A stretch of DNA of 48,061 nucleotides, counting the filler, from Stramenopiles sp. TOSAG23-2 (Eukaryota), in the NCBI GenBank assembly GCA_900128395.1. It is 2 parts of 2 records of this genome, joined end to end, with 100 filler letters (N's around TTAATTAATTAA, not from the genome) between each part and the next. Parts side by side here need not be neighbours in the genome. Positions count along the whole stretch, not along the records: positions 24,103 to 48,061 come from LT649475.1; 1 more part is not named here. The stretch is one strand, 5' to 3'. The notes under the pieces were generated by a model, which was given only the letters and a program-made list of their open reading frames with translations, was not told where the DNA came from and searched no databases. This document shows positions 32,013-41,839 of this stretch, piece after piece. The position numbers and the translations under genes were made by a program. Within the stretch, counting starts at the first letter, position 1. Each line of letters opens with the position of its first letter.

Positions 32013-32125
32013 ATTACTTAAAAAAAATACACCACTTCACCATTGTGTGCATTTCACTTTCTGTTGATCAAAAAAAATATGTTCTTTTATTATATTATAT
32101 GATGTATAAAATCACCATCGTGCCC
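32013..32125 (-). repeat. Dispersed repeat, copy B
   Basis: Reverse complement aligns with 16793-16895. Confidence 0.85.
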
Positions 32126-32313
32126 AAATGCATGAAATTTTAATCATATACAAATACAAATCATATCAAATATTAACAGAGAAAAGAGAAAATATTTTTT
32201 TTACAAATCTAAATCAAATACAGCATTTATTCACAATGCACAATTTCCTCTATGGCCCCAAATATATACATTATGTATATATATGCTTTTTTACAAAATT
32301 CTCAAAGACGTTC

Positions 32314-33006
32314 TTATAAATTTTTCCCAGCTTCTTCTACCTTTTTCACCAAATCCCCAACCTTGTCCAATTCTGCAAATTCTGCGTCAGTAATAGCTTT
32401 ATATTCCGCTTGATATCCATCAATTCTTTCTTGGACTGCCGCCAACTTTGCCGTAATTTCTTTGTATTCAGGCATCTCATGAAATGCTTTTGTAAAGTCT
32501 GATACTTTCTCCATTTCTTTTCTGAATGCAGCTTCTGTAGCTTCCACTTCTTTGTTGGATCTGTCCATTTCTTCCCACGGATCTTTTGTTTCGTCAAGCT
32601 CCATACTCGGTATCAATAAATCTGCAGTATCCTTAAGACTTACTCTTACAGAATAAACTAAGTCGATTCGTTGTTTATATAAATCTAACATCTCAAGAAC
32701 TGCAATCTTATAGTCGGCATGTACTAAATCCCATTTCGCCATTCTTACATCACTATTCTTAACAAATTCACCACCTACTTTAACGACATCATCCACAGCA
32801 TTGTGCATGTTTGTCAATCCTTCTCCAAGCTGTGGACCACCCTCTTGTTCTTTTAAACGAGCTTCCATCTCTGCTCTTTCTTGTTGTGCTTCTGAATCTT
32901 TTGCTGCTAAAAAAGCCATAATTTCTTCAAGTTCTTCTGGTGATGTTGAATCATCTGTCATTTTTGCCATCAACTGATCTTGACTCATTTCTGCATATGA
33001 CGCCAT
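32314..33006 (-). CDS. Hypothetical acidic alpha-helical/coiled-coil protein
   Basis: 230-aa ATG ORF with strongly coding-like E/A/K-rich composition. Confidence 0.82.
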   Translation of the reverse strand: MASYAEMSQDQLMAKMTDDSTSPEELEEIMAFLAAKDSEAQQERAEMEARLKEQEGGPQLGEGLTNMHNAVDDVVKVGGEFVKNSDVRMAKWDLVHADYKIAVLEMLDLYKQRIDLVYSVRVSLKDTADLLIPSMELDETKDPWEEMDRSNKEVEATEAAFRKEMEKVSDFTKAFHEMPEYKEITAKLAAVQERIDGYQAEYKAITDAEFAELDKVGDLVKKVEEAGKNL

Positions 33007-34122
33007 GTTTCTTGTGTTTTCTTTTTGTTTGTTGTTACGTTTCTTTTGTTACTTATTATATATATTTGTTTGTTTGTTTTTATGATATAAATATATATTG
33101 TTGTATATCCATATCTTCAATTCTTTTTTTTTTCCTATAAATTTTGAGTTTTTACAGAAAAAAAAGATCGTATTTTTTTTTTATTATTATTATTATTTGT
33201 TTTGAGAGTGCATGCAAATTCAAGCGTATGTCCATCCTAAAAATCTGACGAAGTATTAATATAATATTATTATAATAATTATCGGAACACTTCTTTTTTT
33301 TTTAACACTAACACTTTAACTTCTTCATGTTTTTTTGTTTTTTTTTGTTACTTTAAATTTTACGGAACATAATAATAAGGAGAAAAAATCAAAATATCCA
33401 AAAATCACATTGATCGCAATTATAAACTTAAAAAAATAAAAATGTTGTCCGCGCGATGAGGAAAAGAGTACCAAAACGTGTGCTCAATATGGCAAAAAAT
33501 CCTATCAATATTCGGTCAAAAACACCGTTGGTGTCAACTTTAACACGTGCCACGATGGCTAAACGAAGGGCATATAGGGTATATACTTGGACACTATTGT
33601 TTTTATCCCGTTGGGTCCAAAATTAAAAAAAATGGTATTGCCCCTTAAGTGATTCAGTCTTTAAGTGTTTTGTCGAGACATTTATTACAATTTAAGGATA
33701 AACTATATTATTTGTATTTAAAAACATTATCCATTACAGTTCTTATTATAATATATCTAATGTATGAAAATATTATACATATACACAATATTGTTTTTTG
33801 TTTTCCTTAATTCAATTAATTGTGTTGTAATCCCCTGTTATTTTCGTAAAATCGATGAAATAATCTGATAGGATGATTATAATCGATATACGGATTGTAG
33901 ATCGAAGTGAGAGCTACCACTAAATATAAATGAGATCACTTCCTTTATTTATATTAGGTACAGATTTAAATGTTAAGGTTTATTCTTTTTTCAACAAATT
34001 GTTTTGTACTACTCAGTATTAAAAAAACACGTGGGGGAAATATTATACATACATATATATAAAATTTAATAGACACTTTAAACCTATAAAATGTCGTTTG
34101 GTATATATTTCGATCTAAAATA

Positions 34123-34158
34123 GCCTCTGTACTGGCGTAGCCAGTGCTCGGCAACTAG
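34123..34158 (+). mobile_element. Helitron-like 3' terminus (hairpin + CTAG|T)
   Basis: GTACTGGC-GTA-GCCAGTGC hairpin (34129-34147, extendable by GCC/GGC), then CTAG at 34155-34158 followed by T. Candidate 5' end A|TCTAATGTATG at 33756 is unproven. Confidence 0.55.
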
Positions 34159-34429
34159 TATTAGTATACAAAAATACATACTTAATATTATTTTTAAAAA
34201 AAGTATGGTTTTGATTTTTTGTGAATTTTGAGTTGCAGTTGCAAAACAGCAGCTTTTATTTACGACGGTTTACAGTGTTTTAAATATAATACTAACAACA
34301 ATACAATATACAATATATTTACGCAAAGCTTCACCATAATAATAAAAACACCAAAACAAAAAAAAGATAATAAAAGAAGGTTAAACCAATCAACAAATAG
34401 TTATAATCTTTACTGCGACATTAAGGAAA

Positions 34430-35113
34430 ATGCCCACTTCCACCCGCCTTGCCGCCTTCGTGTGCCTTGCCGCCCTCTTCGTGGCCATGCCCACGAGTGC
34501 ACAGCTGCAGAATGGTAAAGACTGCTGCAGCAAAAACTCGAACACTCCAACCACGGGGGACAGCCCCTGGACTTGTATGGGCGGCTATGGGCAGAAGAAA
34601 TGCTGCGACAATGGTGTAGCTATGGCTGACAGTAGGTCCACTGGTGGAACATGCCAGTGCGGCTCGGACAACCCAAGCTGCCCCAGCCCTAAGGCAGCCG
34701 CAGGAGAGACGTGCTCCGCAGATGCGGAATGCGAGCCCAACGAATCAGGTACTTACTTCGGATGCAAGGGCGGCAAGTGCTGCAAGTACCAAAGCCAAGG
34801 TGCAGACGAGTGCACTGAGTGTGATTCCTCCGGGAATTGTGCGAAGTGTAAAACGGGCTACTACGTGTCCGGGGGGAGATGCAAATCGGGCTCCGGTGGT
34901 GATGGGGGTGGTCCAAACATTCCTGGACCACCAGGTGGAACTAACACAGGCGACACTAACACAGGCAGCAATCCTGGAAGTTTCGGACCACCAGGCGGAA
35001 CTAAGTCGAATAGTACCAACAACAACGTGAGCAAAGGCATCCGCAATCAATTTAGTTGGTTTGTGGGTGTCGTTGCTATGATCGCTATCGCCATTTTCAA
35101 AACCGTTTTCTGA
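34430..35113 (+). CDS. Cys-rich surface protein with a signal peptide, a Gly/Pro/Thr stalk and a putative GPI-anchor signal
   Basis: Signal peptide MPTSTRLAAFVCLAALFVAMPTSA, many Cys including a furin/EGF-like CTECDSSGNCAKCKTGYYVSGGRC, GPPGGT x2, hydrophobic C-terminus FSWFVGVVAMIAIAIF. Confidence 0.85.
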   Translation: MPTSTRLAAFVCLAALFVAMPTSAQLQNGKDCCSKNSNTPTTGDSPWTCMGGYGQKKCCDNGVAMADSRSTGGTCQCGSDNPSCPSPKAAAGETCSADAECEPNESGTYFGCKGGKCCKYQSQGADECTECDSSGNCAKCKTGYYVSGGRCKSGSGGDGGGPNIPGPPGGTNTGDTNTGSNPGSFGPPGGTKSNSTNNNVSKGIRNQFSWFVGVVAMIAIAIFKTVF

Positions 35114-35117
35114 TTTG

Positions 35118-35397
35118 CATGATTCAAAAAGCCAAACAGGTATTTTATTGGAATCCTAAAATAAAAGAGTCCATCAGGTGGGATCGTCCAGATGGTAGCT
35201 CCATCAAACCAAAAAACTACTACATAAAAAAATATTATTTGTATTTTAAATAAAAAAGGTGTGGGATCGTCCAGAATGTGACACCATATTAGAGCCATAG
35301 ATTGGCATGAACGTTTTGATTCAAAAAGCCAACAGGCATTTTATTGGATCTTAAAACAAAAGAATCTAGGTGGGATCGTCCAGAATGTGGCACCATA
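35118..35397 (+). pseudogene. Decayed tandem WW-domain repeats
   Basis: 35303-35397 reads WHERFDSKSQQAFYW/(1-nt shift)/LKTKESRWDRPECGTI; 35118-35193 reads HDSKS../VFYWNPKIKESIRWDRPDG; a third partial WDRPECDTILEP starts at 35262. Confidence 0.75.
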
Positions 35398-36081
35398 AAA
35401 AAAAATACACACAAAAAAATATTTTGTACACATAAAGGATATATAAATATATATAAATTATTATAAATATAATATATATAAAAAAGTAAAAAATAATAAA
35501 AAAAATAATACATTTTTTTTTTATACTAATATATTATATACCTGATTATACCGTAAAATATTTTTAATTAGATTTGATATTATAATATATATAATATCCC
35601 GATAGGAAATTATGCTTGTTATTTACGTACAATTAGAACAATATTATTCTAGAATTATACAAAAACGAAGTTTTCAACTTGTGAGTTGAGCGGAGTTGTG
35701 AGATATTTAGTTGAGGTTGTAGATTGTGTATTTATAACTCCCCCTCCCAAACAAAAACCTGGCAAAAAAAATGTGCAAATTTCTTCCTCACCACGTTTAT
35801 TAAATTTAGCATTACACTACCTCTCAATTAATTATGTTTGATAGTCCATATATAACATATTAGTATATATATTTGTGTACTAAATTGAATAAAAATTAGG
35901 CTGCAATATATATATATATATTATATATATGCACAGGTGAAAGTCCAATAATAATAATAAAATGTATATATCAATATACATTTAATAGTCGTATCATCTA
36001 CATATATATTAAGTTGGTTGCTTGTTTTTCTAATTATTATTATTAGATTTAAAAATAGTTTCTTCTTTTATAGAACACCCC

Positions 36082-39000
36082 ATGGATTTTAACAGATTAC
36101 AAATAGAAGATGCGGAACGAAGAGAATTATTGCAAGCGTTAGGAAATGAAGCTACACAATGTCCTGCATGTGGGTTTGTAATAATAAAAAACGGTGGTGA
36201 CGATCAAATGATGTGTGGGTGTGAAGCAAAACCAGCAGGTGGAACGATGGAAAAAGCATTAAGAGGTGGTGGATGTGGACATCAATTTAATTTTAGAACT
36301 GGTGCACCATTAGGTGAGGGTCGAATGGGGCACCCAGTCAACGAACGGCAATGGAAATTTATGCCAGATAATCCTGCTGCAAGAATTGCTATTGAACGAA
36401 ATTTACAACCTATACCACAACGAAACCAACAACTACAACAAGCACAAGTGCGTAGACAACCTGAAAAAAAAAAGCCTGCCGTAGATGTAAAAAATACAAA
36501 ACCAGTCCCATTCGTCGTTCGAGAACCGTTAGAAATTGATGCAAGTCACGTTGAAAGAATGGTAACACCTATGGCATTACCAGAAGAATTAAATTTATTA
36601 CAAGTATTAAAAGGTGTTGATGAGAGACCCCAATGTTCATATTGTTTTGGTAGTGGACGTGGCAAGCGTAAGGATGGCAAAATGAGTCGTAGACGTGACT
36701 CTTCAAACGAATCAGAAGAAGGGAAATTGGAACTACCATTAAATACAATTAGCATAGTCGAGTCTAACCCGTTTATTATCGATTCCTTAAAAGAAATTTT
36801 TGATGATTTAAACCCAGAGACAACAAGAAATAAGAAAGTTCGAAGTATTATGATGATAAAAGATATAGATCCAAAAACACGACAGCAAGCTGTTATGGCA
36901 GTCATGCAAGGCAAAAAAATCACATTTGCTGGTTTGGACGATAACAATGATGATAAAAACGAAGGAAAGAAGGAAAAGGAAGGAAAAATGAATGAAGACG
37001 ATGCATTTTTAGATTCAATAGTATCTGAATGGGAACTAGAGGAACAACAACTTGAACGTTCACATTCATCATATGCAACTTGGTTACGTGAAAGTAGAGA
37101 TGGAAATTTTGATATATTTGATGAAAAAACTGCATCGACGTTAGAGGAAGCATATAGTGGTGGACCAGGAGCTGTTGTTCAAATTAAAGGTCCATATAGT
37201 GAGTATATAATTGATTTGCAAAGAATGCAGCAAACGAATATTTATACCGAGGAAGTATTGAATGTAATACGTTTGCCTGGAAATGATGAAGGGGAAAAAG
37301 AAGGAAAAGAAGCTCTGGAAAACGCACGGGATGCAAGAATTGTTGTATTAATTCGCGGTGCTTCGTTAGAAGAAGAATTCGAGGAAGCGATAGAGGATGA
37401 AGAAATCGCATCTTGGATCTACGACATAGGAGGTGGTAATTGGGATATTTTCCATGCAGATACAGCGCAAATGTTAGAATCAAATATCGTTGAAGGAAAG
37501 GAATTTGTTGATTTATTTGTTCCAAATATTAATGCTGAATGTAGAGTCAATTTAAATTTAATGAGTATGACTAGATTGCAAGATCATCAAGGTCCTGCTA
37601 TTGTTATTAGACGGTTAGGTGGAGATATTGAAACAAAAGAAGAAAAAGAAAAGAAAAAATTAAATACAAGGGGTCAAGCATTAAAACGTAGACGTAATTT
37701 ACTACGAAATGCTACACCATCCACTGGTGTTGGTGCAAGAGTCGTTGTAGCTGGTCGTCAACCAACGAAAAAAAAATCTGCTAGAAACATATGTCCTGTA
37801 TGCACAGGATCTGGAAGAATGTCATGTTGGTTAACGAAGGAAAAAGCACAAGAAGCGGGAGATTCATTGTCTACTCAAAGGGATGAAAAATATGATTGTT
37901 TAGTCTGTTATGGTGATGGTGAATATTGCATGAGTGTAGAATGTGGAAAACATTATTATTGCGGCGATTGTTTACGTGGAAGTTTAGAGGCAATGTTAAA
38001 CACAGGCCAATTTCCAGCATTTTGTCCACAATGTCGTGTCGATTCTGGTAGTGACAGTTCCAATCCAGTAAAAATTGGCAAAATTGAAGAAAATTCATTA
38101 TCCTTTTTACAACAACGAGGTGTTATTTCACTTGAATTTTTTTATAGATTTTTAAATGGTGCTGCACAAGCTCGTGCTGGTATGTTACATGATCAAGGTG
38201 GCAATATGAATAATAATAATAATGATAATATGAAAGAACGTCTTGGTGTCGATGGAGATGATGTGCGTGGCAGATGGAGATTGAAGGTCCGAAGTTGGAA
38301 TTGTCGTAATTTACCACATTCAAGAGCCGGCTCGAAAATTGTACATAAATTTGTCTTAGGAGAGCATATTGAAGTGAAAAAGCATATTAAAAAAGATTGG
38401 TGTTTGCTTAGTGGCCCGGAAAATTTAAAAGGAAAATATGTTAAATTAAGAACAATGCAAAGTCGACCAAGAGGATGGGTTAAAGTTGATGATAAAAAGG
38501 CAAAAGCACAATTGAAATCATGGAAAAGGGTACAAGATAATACTGATGACAAAAAAAAGAAGAAAAAAAAAATCTCAGATGCGGAAAAGAAGAATAATTA
38601 CGATAAAAGTTTTACATGCCCTGGAAAATGTGGGACATTTTTATTACGTGAACATGAATCATATGAAAAAAATGGAATGGGTGAATTTTATGAACATGAT
38701 AATACAGTTGGTTTAAGAATGGGGCAATGTCCAAATTGTAAGGTTTTAATATGTAAACGTTGTAGTGGCATTGAAAAAGATATTAATAAAGTTCACATGT
38801 GCCCAAAAGCAAAGGTGGAATTAAATGATAAAGCTTCGTTGGAATGGATGCGTAAAATTTGTAAAAGATGCCCAGGTTGTGGTAATTTTGTTCAAAAAAC
38901 TGAAGGTTGTCATATCATGATGTGCGGAACAAATGCACATGGTAAAGTAAGCGATGCTTTAAGAAATGGTGGTTGTGCTTGTGTATTTAATTGGAACACT

Positions 39001-39111
39001 TTGAAACCTTGCCACGACGGCCATGGGTATACAGGTGCAGATGGAAAATGGCATAAAGGTGCAGGGCCAGTGACAGATCGACAAGTTTTATTACATGGAA
39101 AGAAGAAGTAG
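36082..39111 (+). CDS. RBR-type (RING1-IBR-RING2) E3 ubiquitin ligase with tandem WWE domains
   Basis: RING1 CLVC...CGKHYYCGDC...CPQC; IBR CPGKC...CPNCKVLICKRC...H.C; RING2 CPGCGNFVQKTEGCHIMMC...GCACVFNW. Two WWE-like units: W..ESRDGNFDIFD...LEEAY...YIIDLQRMQQTN...VIR and WIYDIGGGNWDIF...LE...VNLNLMSMT...IRR. Confidence 0.88.
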   Translation: MDFNRLQIEDAERRELLQALGNEATQCPACGFVIIKNGGDDQMMCGCEAKPAGGTMEKALRGGGCGHQFNFRTGAPLGEGRMGHPVNERQWKFMPDNPAARIAIERNLQPIPQRNQQLQQAQVRRQPEKKKPAVDVKNTKPVPFVVREPLEIDASHVERMVTPMALPEELNLLQVLKGVDERPQCSYCFGSGRGKRKDGKMSRRRDSSNESEEGKLELPLNTISIVESNPFIIDSLKEIFDDLNPETTRNKKVRSIMMIKDIDPKTRQQAVMAVMQGKKITFAGLDDNNDDKNEGKKEKEGKMNEDDAFLDSIVSEWELEEQQLERSHSSYATWLRESRDGNFDIFDEKTASTLEEAYSGGPGAVVQIKGPYSEYIIDLQRMQQTNIYTEEVLNVIRLPGNDEGEKEGKEALENARDARIVVLIRGASLEEEFEEAIEDEEIASWIYDIGGGNWDIFHADTAQMLESNIVEGKEFVDLFVPNINAECRVNLNLMSMTRLQDHQGPAIVIRRLGGDIETKEEKEKKKLNTRGQALKRRRNLLRNATPSTGVGARVVVAGRQPTKKKSARNICPVCTGSGRMSCWLTKEKAQEAGDSLSTQRDEKYDCLVCYGDGEYCMSVECGKHYYCGDCLRGSLEAMLNTGQFPAFCPQCRVDSGSDSSNPVKIGKIEENSLSFLQQRGVISLEFFYRFLNGAAQARAGMLHDQGGNMNNNNNDNMKERLGVDGDDVRGRWRLKVRSWNCRNLPHSRAGSKIVHKFVLGEHIEVKKHIKKDWCLLSGPENLKGKYVKLRTMQSRPRGWVKVDDKKAKAQLKSWKRVQDNTDDKKKKKKKISDAEKKNNYDKSFTCPGKCGTFLLREHESYEKNGMGEFYEHDNTVGLRMGQCPNCKVLICKRCSGIEKDINKVHMCPKAKVELNDKASLEWMRKICKRCPGCGNFVQKTEGCHIMMCGTNAHGKVSDALRNGGCACVFNWNTLKPCHDGHGYTGADGKWHKGAGPVTDRQVLLHGKKK

Positions 39112-39272
39112 TTTTTAGTAAAAAAGAGGTTGTGTTATATACAAAGTAAATGATATTTACATACGACGCGCGTATAATGTACATCTCAATATACGAGTAT
39201 CAGAAAATATTCTTTTTTACTGTGTTTTACTTTTTTATATGATATTTCGTATTTTTTAAAAATATGTAATAA

Positions 39273-39277
<5 letters not shown>

Positions 39278-39303
<26 letters not shown>
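39278..39303. repeat. (CT)n microsatellite
   Basis: Direct observation. Confidence 0.95.
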
Positions 39304-39307
39304 ATAT

Positions 39308-40078
39308 TCATTTACTCCTGTTTGCAATTGTTTGCAATAATTTTGTGTGTTCCTCCAAGATTTCATTTTGTCTTTTTAACATTGGTACAATATTTGGATC
39401 GTTTTTGAATGTGCCACCATTTCTACTCATTGAAGCAACACTAGGTGGACCCGACCTCATTCCAGAGGAACTAGATGCATGTACAGTACCATGTCCTTCT
39501 CTTTTCATTTTCCATACTAATTTTTTAAATGCATATGGATCAACTAATCCATGTAATTCAAGTTCATGAGTGGTCATAACACCATTGTCTGTAGCAATTG
39601 TACCACTAGATGCAGTGTCAACATGTACTACTGGGACTACATTTTGAACTAAGCAACAAATTGGACCTGATGCACCAGCTGGTTCTTTTACATCACAATC
39701 TGTAATTTTATCAAATGGCACTGTTTTCATAGTTTTTCCTACATCCTGAAAGTCATATCGACAAGCACTTTTGTGTTTATCAACTGAATATCGAATACCA
39801 TCTCGAGTAACGCAAACATGTTGAGCATTATTCAAATCAATTTTGTTTTGTACCCCACATTTATATATGTATGGAACGAAGCATAAATTGACAGGGCACA
39901 TACAAGGGCAAAATGCCATGCACTTAGCCGTATTTTTCATAACTTGTGCATGATAAGTATTTAATTTCATATAATCAAATGCAAATTCTTCAACTAAGCC
40001 TTCTTCATTTTCAAAATATGCACTTGAAGCTAATTGTGCAGTTAATATTTGAGTTGAGTCTTGTTTTTGATATTCCAT
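39308..40078 (-). CDS. Hypothetical protein with a Cys-rich segment and a PH-like (bPH) domain
   Basis: Likely start ATG at 40078 (MEYQKQ); CMAFCPCMCPVNLCF; VCVTRDGIRY...KTVPFDKITDCDVKEPAG...VHVDTAS...LELHGLVDPYAFKKLV. Confidence 0.75.
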   Translation of the reverse strand: MEYQKQDSTQILTAQLASSAYFENEEGLVEEFAFDYMKLNTYHAQVMKNTAKCMAFCPCMCPVNLCFVPYIYKCGVQNKIDLNNAQHVCVTRDGIRYSVDKHKSACRYDFQDVGKTMKTVPFDKITDCDVKEPAGASGPICCLVQNVVPVVHVDTASSGTIATDNGVMTTHELELHGLVDPYAFKKLVWKMKREGHGTVHASSSSGMRSGPPSVASMSRNGGTFKNDPNIVPMLKRQNEILEEHTKLLQTIANRSK

Positions 40079-40636
40079 TATTTTTTTCTTTTGCTGATAA
40101 TTGTATTTACGATTATGATTCTTTTTTCCAATAGATCTATATGTATATGTCACATATCCATCTGTCCTTGAAGTTGCTGAAATTGTAATTTATTAGCACA
40201 TTACTGTAGTACCTGGTATTATGATTACTAAGATTTGTAGTCGTCCATTGGACAGTAGCAACCTTTGCAACTTATACTATTACACTAAATACCATAATGG
40301 TAGCACTAGCTCATAAAAATGACGAACCAGCCAGTGCTGTTTTCATCATGCCTCTTCAATATTTTTCTTGCTTTCTTTTTTTTCGCACAGTGAATATAAA
40401 TCGATAGACGACTAAAGATACCAGGTACAGTGATACAGTATAAATCTACAAATTACTGGAGTATATAGCTGCTGTGCTTACTACAAGTATCGTATTCTAG
40501 GCCATATATGTGCATTAGCACGCATTAGCATAGCTTTAAAAAAAGCAAAGAAGTACTAAAAAAAAGTTAAAAAAACTTAACGAAAAAGAATAAATTATAC
40601 AATTACAATATTGAGTTGTTTTTTACAACATCTCTC

Positions 40637-41839
40637 TCATCGACTACCATCACGAATTGAACCTGGATTTAAACTAAAGCCATTTGTTTTTGCTTGTATA
40701 TTATTTGGTGGTGGTTGTGGCCTACGAATGTTATTATTATTACGACTTTCTGTTTGTGGCATTTGTTGCCTTAGCAAGACACCAGCTTTTTTAGAAACTT
40801 TTTTTAATTTTTTATGTTGTTTTTGCAATTTATTATGTTTTCTTGCTAAATTACTATTTTCCTCTTTCAATTCTACAAATTGTGCAAAACGCGAGGTGTT
40901 ATTTGTAGTAGATGCTTTTAACATTTCCAATTCATCAGTCAAACGTGCATTTTCTAGTACTAAACGTTCCCATTCTGATTTTGCCACTGCTAAACTTTTT
41001 TCTAAAAATTCTTTTTTCTCAATCTCACCAATGTATACATTGTTTAAACGTTTGCATTCATTTTTAGAATGTTCAAGTGCATGATTTAATTGTTTTTGTG
41101 ATTTTTCCAAATTTTTATTTCGTTCATTAGATGCATCTAATTTATATTCCATTTCTTTAATTTTTTCCAATAATTCTTTTTTTTCATTTGCATATTCATT
41201 TGCACGTTCTTCTAACTTTTTAAACATATTCTCCATTGTTTTCGTTCGTTTTAATAAATCTGTTTGATTTTTAGATGATTGTTGGTACTCACGTAATTTT
41301 TTATTTAAATTTTCAATTACAGTACCTAAACGTTCATTTTCAACTATTGTTAATTCATTTTTTTTCTCCACTTGTAATAAACGTTCACCAACTTTTTTCT
41401 TTTCTTCTTTTACAGTTTCAATGGATTCAGCCATTTCACTTATTTTTTCACCATATTTTTCATTTAATTTAACTATTTCTTCATTCATTTTTTGAACATT
41501 TTCAAGTGCATTATCACGTTCTAAAATGATCTGTTTCACTTTTGCATTTGCAGAACTTTCTAACTCTTTAATTTTCTCATATGCATTATTTTTTTCCTTT
41601 GTTAATTTTTTAATAGTTTCTTCTGCATTTAAAAGTTCACTTTGCATTTTTTGTAATTCTTCATTACATGATTTTCTAACACTATCCTTGATTCGTTCTC
41701 TTTCGTCTTCATCGATGTAATTCCCACGATTACCAAACTTTTTCTTTAATATATCTAATTCCGTAGTTGTTTCTTTTAATACTTCAATTGTTCTTAAATG
41801 TTTTGAACGTAAAGAAGTTAAAGCTTGTGCAGCGGACAT
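40637..41839 (-). CDS. Coiled-coil protein
   Basis: 400-aa E/K/L-rich heptad-pattern ORF. Confidence 0.85.
   Translation of the reverse strand: MSAAQALTSLRSKHLRTIEVLKETTTELDILKKKFGNRGNYIDEDERERIKDSVRKSCNEELQKMQSELLNAEETIKKLTKEKNNAYEKIKELESSANAKVKQIILERDNALENVQKMNEEIVKLNEKYGEKISEMAESIETVKEEKKKVGERLLQVEKKNELTIVENERLGTVIENLNKKLREYQQSSKNQTDLLKRTKTMENMFKKLEERANEYANEKKELLEKIKEMEYKLDASNERNKNLEKSQKQLNHALEHSKNECKRLNNVYIGEIEKKEFLEKSLAVAKSEWERLVLENARLTDELEMLKASTTNNTSRFAQFVELKEENSNLARKHNKLQKQHKKLKKVSKKAGVLLRQQMPQTESRNNNNIRRPQPPPNNIQAKTNGFSLNPGSIRDGSR

Noticed and set aside
33440..33650. Possible TTAA-type transposon end (…TATTGCCCC|TTAA), similar to 48012-48022
   Set aside because: Only about 10 bp of similarity and no partner terminus visible.
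34644..35050. Alternative overlapping ORFs in the GC-rich gene
   Set aside because: Expected stop-codon scarcity in GC-rich DNA; only 34430-35113 has a coherent signal peptide/Cys/GPI architecture.
35178..35390. GTGGGATCGTCCAGA x3 as a repeat-spacer array
   Set aside because: Better explained as the WDRP-coding end of decayed WW domains; the intervening sequences are homologous to each other.
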